A DNA stretch of 64,000 bases from Octopus vulgaris (Eukaryota), in the NCBI GenBank assembly GCA_951406725.2, contig OX597835.1, positions 26,102,001 to 26,166,000 on the forward strand. Direction: 5' to 3'. The translations under genes were made by a program, and so were the position numbers. Below the pieces are notes generated by a model. That model was not told where the DNA came from. It saw nothing but the letters and a program-made list of their open reading frames with translations, and made no database searches. This document shows positions 13,156 to 27,399 of the stretch, piece after piece; positions within the stretch are counted from its first letter, which is position 1, and every line of letters begins with the position of its first letter.

Positions 13156-13564
13156 TATATATATATATATATATATACAAAATAAGAAAATGGAGGAATA
13201 GATTTCTTTTTTATATGTATTATTCTCATGGTATTATCTTACTTATTGATGTATATTGTTTTATTCTGTATTATTCTGTTGGATTTGGATATTCCAATTC
13301 AATCGGAATAATTAGTTAATAAATTATATGAATTGGTATTATCTGGTAGTTGATGATTGAAAGAAATCTATTCCTCTATTTTCTTATTTTGTATTATGAA
13401 TTTGAGGTAATGCATTTTACCTTCGCCCATATAATACAATGAATGAATTAATTGCATTGCAATTCTTAGCATTTATGTATTAGCCTTTATGGCTACTTTA
13501 CTGGCAGTATATTGGATTAATGATATCCCATAGTGGGTTACACTCATAACCCCTATTTCACTTT

Positions 13565-13568
<4 letters not shown>
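13156..13568 (+). mobile_element. Short element between (TA)n arrays with a 5' inverted segment
   Basis: TACAAAATAAGAAAATGGAGGAATAGATTTCTTT (about 13156-13209) is inverted at about 13359-13393. Confidence 0.55.
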
Positions 13569-13634
<66 letters not shown>

Positions 13635-14414
13635 TAATTTGTGAAGGAGGATGCATGAAATCCAAGTGATTTCGTACATCCATACATCCATACATCGAGC
13701 CGGTATAATTCAACTACGGTAGTAGTTGAATAATACTCTTAAGGTCTCAATTTACTCACACGCAGCGTCTTTCAGAGCTTGTAGCTAATTCAGTTCTTAA
13801 TCAAATGGAAAACCGTTAACGTTTTTGAAGAGGACTGGTCCTTAGCTACATTTTGCCATTAAAAAGTTGAGATTTGATCCAGTATAAAAACGTTTACATC
13901 AAAATTTGTAGCAACGTTGTAGGAGAGTAAGTAACGCCACCAATCAAGTTTAGATCCAAATAACTTTTTAATTTAGCGTGAATGATAGAAGAAAGCATGA
14001 ACAATTTTATAGTTTTGGTCTCATGCAACAAAAATTTGTATCAAACAAGTGGTGAGGTAAAATATCATGAAAAAATATAAGCAAGGCAAACAATTGGATT
14101 TAAGTATATTTAACTTTTTTTTATTAAAAAAAAAAAAGAATATATCTTAATTAAGCTTAAATGACAGAATTGAATTCAAGGAATTTCATGGTATCAATCT
14201 CATGCAATGAAATTTTAACAGAAAAAGTTATGAATGTTTGATTCTCAAATTTGAGGGTGATAATATGAATAAAGTTCTAGGGGACTTTTAATATATGTCA
14301 CCGGCATCATTCAAGCAAAGAAAATATTATCATCAACACCGCTAATTGACACATTTGACACATTAATTACCATAATAAACATAATAGCATATCGTGGAAA
14401 AACCATGGATTACA

Positions 14415-15242
14415 TGGAAATAAGCGAGTAAGAAAAATAATATTCTTAAGATTATAAATCTGGAAAAGTTCAGGACAGATTATTACAACTGGTAAAGCAC
14501 AGAACAAGAAAATATTTTACTTAAAACATTGCAACTGATGATAAAATTTGAATATTCAAAATTATTTGATTTTAATTTACAAAGTAACATTATAATTAAA
14601 GAAGGTAATATCATTTTGTTAAAATATTGACGCACTAGAATACTTAAAAAATGAGAGCTAGAGGTACCAATATAGCAAAAAGTTTTATGCAAAGTAGAAT
14701 AATATATATGGTAGGCAAATTCATTATGTAAAAAATAGGCATTGGGTCAAGACGGAAACTGTGAAGACTTGGCAATAACTTAGGAAATAACTCAAGCAAA
14801 TTTTACTGTGAATTTGTTGTAGGTTGATTTTAGTGTAATATATAACGAATTTTGTATTATTCTATTTATGTACTACTATTATTCTTTTATGAATTATGTA
14901 CTACTAATATTTTCTATAACCTATTTTTAAATTTCTAATTATTAATTATTAATTAAAAAATGATTTTTTTAAAGTGCAAAAACTATTTTGCTTGAATTAT
15001 TTTAAATGTTTAAGAGAAGTAACAAGTAATAACAAATAGAAGTAATAACTTTAATAAAATTTTTAGTTTTATTAAAAACTAATATTTTCTAAATCTAAAT
15101 ATTTTATTTGAAATTTTATCCTTAGCTGCAATATTTTAAGTAAAATCTTTCTTGTTCTGTACTTTACCAGATGTAATAACCTGTCTTGAACTTTTCCAGA
15201 TTTATAATTTTAAGAATATTATTTCTCTTGCTCGCATTTTCC
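14415..15242. repeat. Diverged long inverted repeat
   Basis: About 14415-14560 is complementary to about 15105-15242 (e.g. ATTATAAATCTGGAAAAGTTCA / TGAACTTTTCCAGATTTATAAT). Confidence 0.8.
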
Positions 15243-16063
15243 TATGGATGAATGTATGAATCCTGAGTAGAATGGATGGATGGAAAGACGTTCCAGGAAA
15301 ACAAAGTATTTCACACAAACGGAAAATCTATTCACTTTCAACTACAGAAAGGTACTCTGTAAACTGATGAAAGGAGAGATGATCTTGTATACTGCCAGAT
15401 AAATAGAGACACCTCGATTACCGAGATAGCTGTACCAGGATTAGGGTTAGTAGTAAACGAGATATCCACCACGGATCATTAGTTAAATAGGTTAAGTAAT
15501 TCAGGATTAGCATCAAAGAAAGATAAACAGAAAAAAGGGAGTAAAAGAAGGGGCGGAGCAGGGAGATAGAAAATTCAAGTTGTGGATTATGAAGAATAGA
15601 AAGCTAGAGAAGATAGAAATGCTTTCAGTTAAAGGGACTGGTTAATTTCGCATTAAAAAGAGTTGAATAACATCTCGAACCATAATAAAAATATCGTAAT
15701 ATACTTATATAATAAAATAATATAATATAAAACAATAAATGATAATGATAAAATAGTGTAACATTAATCAGAATCAGTAAACAGTTATATAGACAAAAGT
15801 TAAATTGTAGTGGGAAACAGTAAGATAGCTAGGGACGCGATTGTAATTGAATAAATTAATGAAAAAAATTAATGATTAATGATTTTTCCCAAGAATAATT
15901 AACACCATTTAAAAGGATAAAGTGGTAACACGGCAATAACTATAGAAAGAAATCAGAAAGGAATGATAGTAATAATGAGAAAAGATGTGCAATCAAATGA
16001 AAGACATGAGTAGTTTTATAATATAATACAATATAATACATAAGTTAGGTACATGGAATCGTC

Positions 16064-16385
16064 AACAAGGACTTATTAATTTGATGCAGGTAACGGACTA
16101 ACTACTAATTATGTCTGTTAATTAGCCTTGAATTTCAAGTGCCTTTGTGCAACATAAATTGCAACTGTCGTTTGTATGGATGTGCTGTCTGTATAACTGA
16201 CCGCAAAATAACGTAATTAATATTTCTATCCTTCAAGCCCCAAATATATAAAGGACCAACACTTCCATATAAATAGAGGAGCAGATGCAATTTATGATGC
16301 ACGGAGGCACTTGAAATCTTGAACTAATTAACAAACATAATTAGTTGTTAATCCGTTGCCCACAACTGATTAACAAGACCTTGTT
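16064..16385. repeat. Diverged inverted repeat with arms of about 105 bp
   Basis: 16064-16168 versus 16281-16385 (TTTCAAGTGCCT / AGGCACTTGAAA; ACTAATTATGT / ACATAATTAGT). Confidence 0.75.
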
Positions 16386-16419
16386 CAGGAGTTCGTTATC
16401 TTTATCTGTCTGTCTATCA

Positions 16420-16561
<142 letters not shown>

Positions 16562-16840
16562 ATCTTTCTCAATGTATAAGTTTGTGCGCATGTGGTCAAT
16601 GAGAATGAGAGACAGACCAAAACTCACCCTATAAATACTCATAAAATAGGAAATCAATATTGGCGGCATATTAAATATGTCGGTGGCGGTACTAGTGATG
16701 CCGTAGTAAAGGTGGTGGTGTAGAAGGTGGTGTAGGTGATAGTGGTGCATATTGTATTGACGATGGTGGTAGTAATCGTAGCGGGGTAGCAAGACCATCT
16801 TAACAGCATAATATCTCCCCACCTCACAAGACAAACGACA

Positions 16841-17061
16841 CAAGTAGGTGCTGAAAAGTCCTTGGCTTTAAGAGTATTGCAAAAGGCCTGGTTGGAGGCC
16901 CAACCTTGCAAGTTCTTTTACAGGGCTTAGGAAAACTGAAACCCTGCTGTCAAGAAGTGTGTGAGTCTGAGAAGGGGAATATGTTGCATAAAACCATAAT
17001 TAACTGAGCCTCCTGTATTTTCTGTTATCCAAAGCCAGGAACTGTTCAGACACACTCCACG
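16841..17061 (+). mobile_element. Mariner-derived MITE
   Basis: TIRs GGTGCTGAAAAGTCCTTGGC / GCCAGGAACTGTTCAG...CG then TA; retains the transposase C-terminal KCVxLxGEYV remnant. Confidence 0.8.
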
Positions 17062-17084
17062 TATATGTATGTATGTATGTATAT

Positions 17085-17368
17085 AATAAAATAGGGTAAT
17101 AATAAATTATTATTACCAGTGGCCTAGCACAAAAAACGAATTAGTCATTAGACTATATATTATTCATGTAGAAATATAATAAGAGGCTTCTAAATAGGGG
17201 AGCATTGTGCTAGAACAGAAATAGGGATAAATTCATGAAAGGAATGAAAATTAAAAACATTTACCATCTCAACTATATCCCAGACCGACAGTTTCTAACT
17301 ATTAGAATTTATCCCTTTTTGTGTTCTAGCACAACGCTTCCCGATTTAGAAGCCTCTTATTGTATTTC

Positions 17369-17372
<4 letters not shown>
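17085..17372 (-). mobile_element. Truncated relative of family C with an inverted segment of about 67 bp
   Basis: ACCAGTGGCCTAGCA is shared with 23072-23086 and, inverted, with about 39789-39803; arms 17169-17235 and 17304-17370. Confidence 0.65.
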
Positions 17373-17400
<28 letters not shown>

Positions 17401-17455
17401 TGTATGTATGTATGTATGTATGTATGTATGTATGTATGTATATTTTTATATATGG

Positions 17456-17660
17456 CTATATTAAATCGTTAGCTCCTGCACGCATTTTTTTCTCTCCTTG
17501 TTTCTCTCCGTGTTTCTTTTCTGTGTATCTTTCTGTTGAAGAGCGTAGGCTCGAAACGTAAAAGACTTGTTTTATTTCTATTCCTGAGCGCCATACTAAT
17601 ACAATTGTTTGTTTGTACTCCACCTGCCTTCGTCTTTTGTTTATTTTCGTAAGCTTCCCG

Positions 17661-17661
<1 letters not shown>
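17456..17661 (+). mobile_element. Family A element; 3' end abuts (TA)n
   Basis: TCTTT-CTGTTGAA-GAGC GTAG GCTC-GAAA-CG-TA-AAAGA at 17528-17565. Confidence 0.8.
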
Positions 17662-17711
<50 letters not shown>

Positions 17712-17717
17712 TACACA

Positions 17718-17862
17718 CGAGAGGGTGCTGAAAAGTTCCTGGCCTGAAGGACCGCTGCAATAAGTGTTTGAATCTGAATGGGGAATATGTGGAATACAAA
17801 AAATAACTGATCCTCTTGTATTTTGTTTTACCGAAAACCAGGACCGTTTCAGCTCTACTTCG
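17718..17862 (+). mobile_element. Mariner-derived MITE, shorter deletion derivative
   Basis: CGAGAGGGTGCTGAAAAGTTCCTGGC...RCNKCLNLNGEYVE remnant...CCAGGACCGTTTCAGC..CG-TA. Confidence 0.8.
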
Positions 17863-18374
17863 TACATGGTATTGTTTGCTTTGCGTTGGAAAGATATAGT
17901 ATCTATTTATTGACAGCAATCCACACCATACGTAGATGAAAATTGCATCCCTAGACGTGCGGCGTCCAGTGTTCCCAGGGCTTCAAATGTCACTCAGTGA
18001 TATAGTGTTAGTACTAGTAGCAATGATGTTGGTAATATCGGTTCTAGTAGTGTTGTTAGTGGTTCGTTGAGGTGGTTGTGGCTCAGTTGCTGATGGGGAT
18101 TAAACGTTGTAGTAGTAGTACTTATGATGGAGGCGGTGGTTGTGTTGGTGGTCGTGTCGGTGTTGGTGTTGGCGCTGGTAACAACGATACTGGCTGTTTG
18201 ATATGATGTTGATAGTAGCATTAATGGTGATGGTGTTGATAGTAGCGGTGGCGATTAGTTTTGGCAATGATGGTGATTGTGCTAGTGATATTTATGGTGT
18301 GTGTGTGTGTATGTATACAAACACACACACACACACACACATATATTTATACACACACACAAATATATATATAC

Positions 18375-18406
<32 letters not shown>

Positions 18407-18507
18407 ACAAACACACACATGTATATATGTACACACACACATATAGATATATGTATACATATATAGGCATAAACATAAAGGTATGAGCGTCTATGAGTAT
18501 TAAAATG

Positions 18508-18540
<33 letters not shown>

Positions 18541-18625
18541 ATATATATATATACATACGTATGTATATATATATAAGGTTATACATGGATCACATATATA
18601 TATACATATATGTATATATATATAT

Positions 18626-18661
<36 letters not shown>

Positions 18662-19055
18662 GTATAAAAATGCTTGCACACACACATATATAGACACACA
18701 TTTGTATAAAAACACATACACATATATTTGTATATACATGTATGTACAAACGAATACGCACAAGCATACATTTTTAAAAGCGTATATATAGTTAATAAAT
18801 ATACAATTTCTTTTCTTTTCTGAAAACATGCAAATTGTTTCGGCCATTAAAACCGCTCTTCATAGAAATGGCGCTCTTAATAGCCGAACAAATTTGCATG
18901 CATCAACAAAAGACGTTAGCATATGTTGCATACTCTATATTTAACATTCAGTTCCTTTGAAATTATTGTGTTTCTACCCAAACATTTCTGTTGTGTACGT
19001 GAGGATATATATACATACATACCTACATACATACATACATACATACATACATACA

Positions 19056-19140
<85 letters not shown>

Positions 19141-19338
19141 ATTATGTTTATATCCTCAATTTATTGCGTTGACATAGACAATGGTTATAGCCAGTCACGC
19201 CAAATGGAATTAGACAGTGCGTAAATATTGGATTTATACGAATTAAGGTGCATTTCATATACACCATGTGCATACAAAAGTATACTCCATAATATACACA
19301 TGTAAACTCACAGTACGCATACAGGTATGTTCACACAA

Positions 19339-19375
<37 letters not shown>

Positions 19376-19489
19376 GAGAGAATTCTATCTACCTACCTAG
19401 CCATCTATACACGTATCCATATGTATGTCTGCATATATATGTCTCTCTCTCATATATATTTTCTCTCTCTCTCTCTCTCTCTCTCTCTT

Positions 19490-19572
<83 letters not shown>

Positions 19573-19892
19573 TTATATAAATTTGTGGGCGCTCCTACAT
19601 ATACATATAAATGGATATATACCTATGTCTTTGCGCTTGCATGTGAGTGTGTCGCTATTTAAGCATGCATCTGTATATAATCCTATGTATTATGTATAAA
19701 TACATACATACACATACGCACACACACGTATATCTATATATATATACATACACACACATATATATATCCATACATACATATATCTATGTATGTATGTATA
19801 TATATATATGTATTATATATATATATATACATATGTACATGGATATATATGTATGCACAAATAAATATTATATGTGAGTATATCTATATCTA

Positions 19893-19925
<33 letters not shown>

Positions 19926-19937
19926 CTCTCTCTCTCT

Positions 19938-19980
<43 letters not shown>

Positions 19981-20350
19981 CATAATAGCTACCCACACCC
20001 ACTCACATACATATATTTAAAGCCTACCCTCAAAGGAAGAGAAGAAATCTGAAAGATTTTTATGTATTCATATTATTGTCGTCTGTAGCCGTTATAAGCC
20101 ACCCAAATCTTAAGAAGTTACAACATTGAAGAACTCAGAAGATTTATATTGATATAGAGCATCAGCAACAATAATATTTTTTACGATTCTTCTACGTTAA
20201 CCGAATAATTACACAGTCTTATTAGCTTCTGGTCTTTGTTGCTTTCTTGGCGTTTTCTCGCACTATCGAATAGATTGTAGCCAGAAGGAGCCAAGTTCGT
20301 TTTACAAGGAGTATTTCTGTTATTTTTTTTATTTCTAGCTTTCAATTTCA

Positions 20351-20402
<52 letters not shown>

Positions 20403-20759
20403 GTATGTGGAAACACGACAGAAATTGTTAACACTGGTTGTCGTCTTGGAAACCAACCATTATTTGTGTGACTAACTTTGTGAGAATTGAATTAACATTC
20501 AGATGAAAGCCATATCTTGCACACCGCTGCTCCGCCTGTTCTCCACCCCAACCCACTCGCCCTCCCACAAACACCTTAATAATTGCTCTTTTTTATATTT
20601 TATTTTCTATTTTAATTTTTATTCTTGTCCTTCGGATATGATTTTTTCCCCTTCCTCTTTACGAATACGAATCAATAAAATATAATATTCAACGGAATTG
20701 TATTCTATCGATTCTTAATTTCTTTAAAATAAAATGAAATGAATTTTACATAAACCCTA

Positions 20760-21000
20760 AATATTCACAAGATCAAAAGCCCTTTTGAGTCTTTGACCAC
20801 AACTTGGTCGCTTTCAGTTATTTTTATTTCCCTATTATTATTCTGCGACCTGTAGATGGCAACCATTTTCTTTGAACAGGTCTCATCTTGCAGGTTATAC
20901 ACAAAAGAATGTCTCTTAGGCATCAATACAAATAAAGGAGTTGATGTCAAGACAACCAAAGGACCATCCTGAGACGCCATTCGAACGAAATACAAGCTGT
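20760..21000 (-). pseudogene. Possible highly decayed LINE RT fragment
   Basis: With one frameshift it reads D-S-K-(R)-A-F-D-L-V-N, resembling the RT motif DLxKAFDxV. Confidence 0.3.
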
Positions 21001-21267
21001 AATGGCCTTGATTCCTTTATATTAATCCCTTACTCTCTTATAGGGAACCCACGATGTCAAATGATTGCCGAGGCTCTTTATGAGTTATTCGAGTTGTTAG
21101 TTGTAATAGCCAGATTCCTTTAAATGATTCTGTATTATGCTGGAAATAAATGATATTAGAATAATGTACAGCCTGATTCCTTAGTGTCTGATAGGAAACC
21201 AATGATGTGAAACCATTGTGAGGGCTCCCTTAGGAGTCATTAGATGTGCTTATTCTAACTGAAGTTT

Positions 21268-21545
21268 TGCTGTGGGTAGTAAAGAAATAGGTATTTCGTC
21301 TGCCGCTACGTTCTGAGTTCAAATTCCGCCGAGGTCGACTTTGCCTTTCATGCTTTCGGGGTCGATAAATTAAGTACCAGTTACGCACTGGGGTCGATGT
21401 AATCGACTTAATCCCTTTGTCTGTCTTTGTTTGTCCTCTCTGTGTTTAGCTTCTTGTGGGTAGTAAAGAAATAGGTTTTTCGTCTGTCTTTACATTCTGA
21501 GTTCAAATTCTGCCGAGGTCGACTTAGCCTTTCATCCTTCGGATA
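21268..21545 (+). mobile_element. SINE S2, head-less tandem units
   Basis: GTGGGTAGTAAAGAAATAGGT-ATTTCGTCTG junction occurs twice. Confidence 0.85.
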
Positions 21546-21583
21546 AATTAATCTGCAAAATCGCGACAGACGATTCTGCAGTT

Positions 21584-22025
21584 TCTTTTTTTTACTGCCC
21601 ACAAGGAGCTAAACACAGAGGAGACAAACAAGGACAGACAGACGAATTATGTCAATTATGTCGACCCCAGTGTGTAACTAGTATTTAATTTATCGACCCC
21701 GAAAGGATGAAAGACAAAGTCGACCTCGGCGGAATTTGAACTCAGAACGTAACGGCAGGCGTAATACCGTTAAGCATTTCGGCCGACAAGCTAACGTTTC
21801 TTATTTCTCTACTGCCTACAGGGGACTAAACATAGAGGGGACAAACAAGGACAGACAAAGGGATTAATTCGATTACATCGGCCCCAATGCGTAAATGGTA
21901 CTTATTTAATCGACACCGAAAGGATGAAAGGCAAAGTAGACCTCTACTGAATTTGAACTCAGAACGTAATGCCAGATGAAATACCGCTATTTCGCCCGGC
22001 GTGCTAACGATTCTGCCAGCTCACT
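21584..22025 (-). mobile_element. SINE S2 dimer, inverted relative to the copy at 21268-21545
   Basis: Two successive ACAAACAAGGACAGACA...GAAAGGATGAAAG...GAATTTGAACTCAGAACGTAA units. Confidence 0.85.
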
Positions 22026-22621
22026 ATTTTCATATTACTTAAATATTGAAATTAATTTTTTCCAAATGTTTAGCTATATTTTCAATAATTATGTTCGGAT
22101 TTTTTATTTCTACTGTGATTTTTTTTTGTTTTTTACGTTCATCTATATTTTACGATATTCCATTTCTGAATTTTGTTAAATCCAAAAAACATTCGTAAAT
22201 ATTTTTATCTCTGTAATCCAACCATAGCAGAGGATCTGTCTATTTTTTCCACTTAACTGCCTTTTTCTCTGTTATCTCTTGAGTATCAAAAACACATCAC
22301 AAGACAATGTCTTGACAGGAATTCCCAGATTTAGAATTTTGCATATATAATATAATTTGATATGTGTATTACAGTTTTAAACAGTTAAGCAAGAGAAAGT
22401 ACGATGATTTGATTTTGTACAGGAGTCATAGCATTTCACTCATACTCCTATACGCACGTACAGACTGCTTTCTGTCACTGTCAGTTATAATACGTATACA
22501 GCTTACATCGTACAGCATAACGTACACACGAAAGCATGATCATTTGTTGAAACCCTTGAGCAGCCGAATCTATATGCATACATACATAAACACACGTACA
22601 CACACATATACATGTATATAT

Positions 22622-23180
22622 ACATACATATAAGAGGAAGGATCCTGGTGGATTCCCAATATGCTAAATGTAGACCCTGTATGGTTTGACCACTAAGAAA
22701 AATTATTCTCACGAAAAATCGGCAAACGCCAGATCGTAAAGCGAGCAAGACAAATGAAAAGATACAAAATATAGTGATTAGTAACATACCATGGTTTCGT
22801 TGTTACCGTTTACATTACGTAAATGTCTGCAGATCCTCAGTGTGACCGTCATGAAAAATATAATTTGCAGAACTATACACGAGAAGTCCTCCCGACAGAG
22901 AACATGCATACAATTCTATCAATTATATTTGGGGGTGTATTTCAAATGTCTTCGTTTTGGCGTACCGAAGCCGGAAAAGACTATGCAGAAGCTTTCCGAT
23001 TAGAGAACATGATTATTTAAATTTAAATTATATGGGTAAAATTGATATTAATTAGATTAATATCAATTTAGACCAGTGGCCTAGCATATTGAAAAAAATC
23101 TGACGATTCAGAAAATTATTTTACATACATATAAGAGGAATGACCACTAGGTGGATTCCTAATATGCTAAATGTAGACCT
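22622..23180 (-). mobile_element. Family C element: unit of about 500 bp with a short terminal direct repeat and one HHR
   Basis: ACATATAAGAGGAA...GGTGGATTCC.AATATGCTAAATGTAGACC at about 22626-22677 and 23127-23179; colinear with the reverse complement of 39386-40300. Confidence 0.75.
22781..22846 (-). ncRNA. Type I hammerhead with degenerate stem II
   Basis: GTCACA-CTGAGGA-...-GAAA-CCATGG-TA-TGTTAC; palindromic ACCATGGT; GUA triplet. Confidence 0.65.
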
Positions 23181-23516
23181 CCCACCTATATGTTGTTATC
23201 ATATATATCGTTCTCGTCAACGACTCGCCATGCTTGTTTTCGTTCTGTTTCCTTGTATGTCTCCACTCGATTCTTTTTGTTCCCAACTTTGACCTTTCAT
23301 AAATCCTGAATATTATTTTAGAATTTATGGGAGGAACTGTCTTTGAACACTCATATTGTCGTTGCATGCTCGAAATGAAGAGTAGATTGACAACCGACAA
23401 CTGATGAAGGGTTGTTTCACTGTTTCTTTTCGTATTTCATGTTTTTTACACAGCTGGCGACGTTCTGTACCCATATATGCACATACATACACGTATATGT
23501 ATATATTTATATTATT

Positions 23517-23581
<65 letters not shown>

Positions 23582-23583
<2 letters not shown>

Positions 23584-23802
23584 CAAGTAAGAACATAAAT
23601 GTGAAAGAAGGTTGGAAAAATAGTGCTTGGATACCAGAAGTAGAGTAATATGCTTTTTTAATAAAGCTGCAAATACATCACAAAAATATCACAAAAAACT
23701 GATACTCAGAAATCACAAACGCCCGTTTAACGGGAACGGGAAATTCTGAGAAGCAGATTTTTAAAATTCTTTTGTGACGTTCTCGCAGCTTTAACAATAA
23801 GC
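23582..23802 (-). mobile_element. Family B element with a short inverted segment, flanked by (TA)n
   Basis: GTAAGAACATAAATGTGAAAGAAGG...TAGAGTAATATGCTTT is the reverse complement of 7520-7590; inverted ACGGGAACGGGAAATTCTGAG...GCAGCTTTA. Confidence 0.75.
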
Positions 23803-23817
23803 TATATATATATATAT

Positions 23818-23889
<72 letters not shown>

Positions 23890-24500
23890 AATAAATATTA
23901 GGGAATAAATCCAAACTTACAGGGAAAAATCAGATTTAGGATTGAATCCAATTTATAGTAAAATATTATATTATATAAATTAGAGACAAAACCACTATTA
24001 TGCAAATCAAACAAAGAAAGACTTAATCCAATACATAAATTTATTTATATAATTTAGAAATTTAACAATTATTAATATCCACTACGATCGTTTCATGTCT
24101 TCTTTTCATCACATCTTTGAGTAGTAGACATTCTTCAGGTGGTTTCAAATCTAAAATATAATCAATATTTTTAAGATATAAATAATCTATATAATCTAAA
24201 AAAATAATTTACTTATAATAAACTCTATTATTAAATATGATTATATCGAAATTGACTATAATGTTAAATATTAACTTTAATTTATAAGGTAGAAAATCCA
24301 TATTCTAATATCCATTTTAGTTTATATCTACTTATATAGATATTTGAAATGACTAATATATATAAATTATCAATGAAAAAATATATAAATATTATAATCA
24401 AAATCTAAAATCTCTATAAACTATAGTATATAATGAAAACCTAATATATTTAATTTCTGATATTTAAAGATGAAATAGCTAATTTCAAAATACAAAAAAT
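23890..24500 (-). mobile_element. AT-rich ORF-less pLTR-like element carrying an HHR
   Basis: 3' end abuts (TA)n at about 23885; contains the canonical HHR at 24079-24142. Confidence 0.6.
24079..24142 (-). ncRNA. Type I hammerhead ribozyme, canonical
   Basis: CCAC-CTGAAGA-ATGTCT...AGACAT-GAAA-CGATCG-TA-GTGG: 4-bp stem I, 6-bp stem II, palindromic stem III ACGATCGT, GUA triplet. Confidence 0.88.
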
Positions 24501-24525
24501 ATATACATGCTCACGCTCATATACA

Positions 24526-25514
<989 letters not shown>

Positions 25515-26366
25515 CATACATACATACATACATACATACATTTATACATACATACATACATACACAGATACATACGTACATACATAGATATGCACATACA
25601 TACATAAGTACATATATATATTCATATATACGTACATACGTACATTCGTAATACATATATGCATACATGCGTACATACATACATACATTCATATATATAT
25701 GTACATACTTTTATACATACGTAATACATATATTGATACATACGTAAATACATACGTAAATACATACGTACATACGTACATACATACATGCATAGATATA
25801 TACATATGTAATACATACATAGATACATACATAGATACATACATACATACATACATACATACATACATACATACATAAATACACACACATACATACATAC
25901 GTACATACATACATACACACATACATATATACATACATACATACACAAACACACACATACATACATACATACATACACACACACACATACATACATACAT
26001 ACACACATACATACACACATACATACATACATACATACATACATACATACATACATACGTACATACATGCCCAAATACGAGTGTACTTCCAGCAATGTCC
26101 ATATTCATTTATTTATCCTGCATACATTTGTGTGACAAACAACCCGATCAATCAATTTTGAAATTTCCCCCTCTTCACGTGATACACCAATGACTTTTTA
26201 CTGAGAAACATTGAAAAACAATTCTGTTACATTTGATAAATATAAAGAACGACTTGTAACTTTTGATTTAGTTTGAGACGTTCTGAGGCATATAATCAAG
26301 GCCCTGAGGGAGTGTATTATATAGTTTCATTACTAATAAAGAATTATGTATACATATATCACTTTG

Positions 26367-26400
<34 letters not shown>

Positions 26401-26676
26401 GAAATACATATATATAGATATATACATGTATGTACACACATACATACGTGTAAATATATTCATATATATATACATATGTATTTATATATACACACACACA
26501 TATATTTACTTACACACATACACGTATATATACATATATATATATGAACATACATACATATACATATTTATATGAATATACGCATGAATATCCATAGATG
26601 TATGTATATACATAACATACTGATCGATTTTATACGTGTGTATATAAACATACACATGTACATACATACATATATA

Positions 26677-26821
<145 letters not shown>

Positions 26822-27399
26822 TATACATTAGGACATACATTAGGACATAGGCGAGATGAATGAGAAGCTACTTCAGCATTCAAATTATATAATGATATGC
26901 AACATTTATCCTTACACTTTCCCTTATATCTTTATACACACACATGCACACACACACACACACATATATATATACAAACACACAAATACACACATATGAA
27001 TGTTTCTGACTTGGAAATTTTCTTGTATATATCCTTGGGTACTTTTTCATATATAAGCTGTTTTACATAGCATTGGAGAACAATATCTTTAGCGAGGGAT
27101 AAAAGAACATTTATGCACTAAAAATGGCCGCAATATGACAGTCATCTTGTTTTATTTTTGCAACTCACCGCGTTCAATATCCTGGGTGTCCCAAGCAGTG
27201 TGCAATGTAAACCACTGAGCAATAGACTACTTATAGTGAAATATCTGAGCCATTGTAGAGGACGGGTTACTTTGACTATAACTTTAATCAATGCAGTTCG
27301 GTTGGTGAAGGCCGTGGTGAAACGGTTAGAAGTGTGACAGGGTGACAAAAGGTAACAGAGAAAGAGAAATGGAGTGTGAGTGAGAGAGAAAGTGAAAGT

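Noticed and set aside
15440-15451. TTAGGGTTAG telomere-like motif
   Set aside because: Fewer than two units; expected by chance
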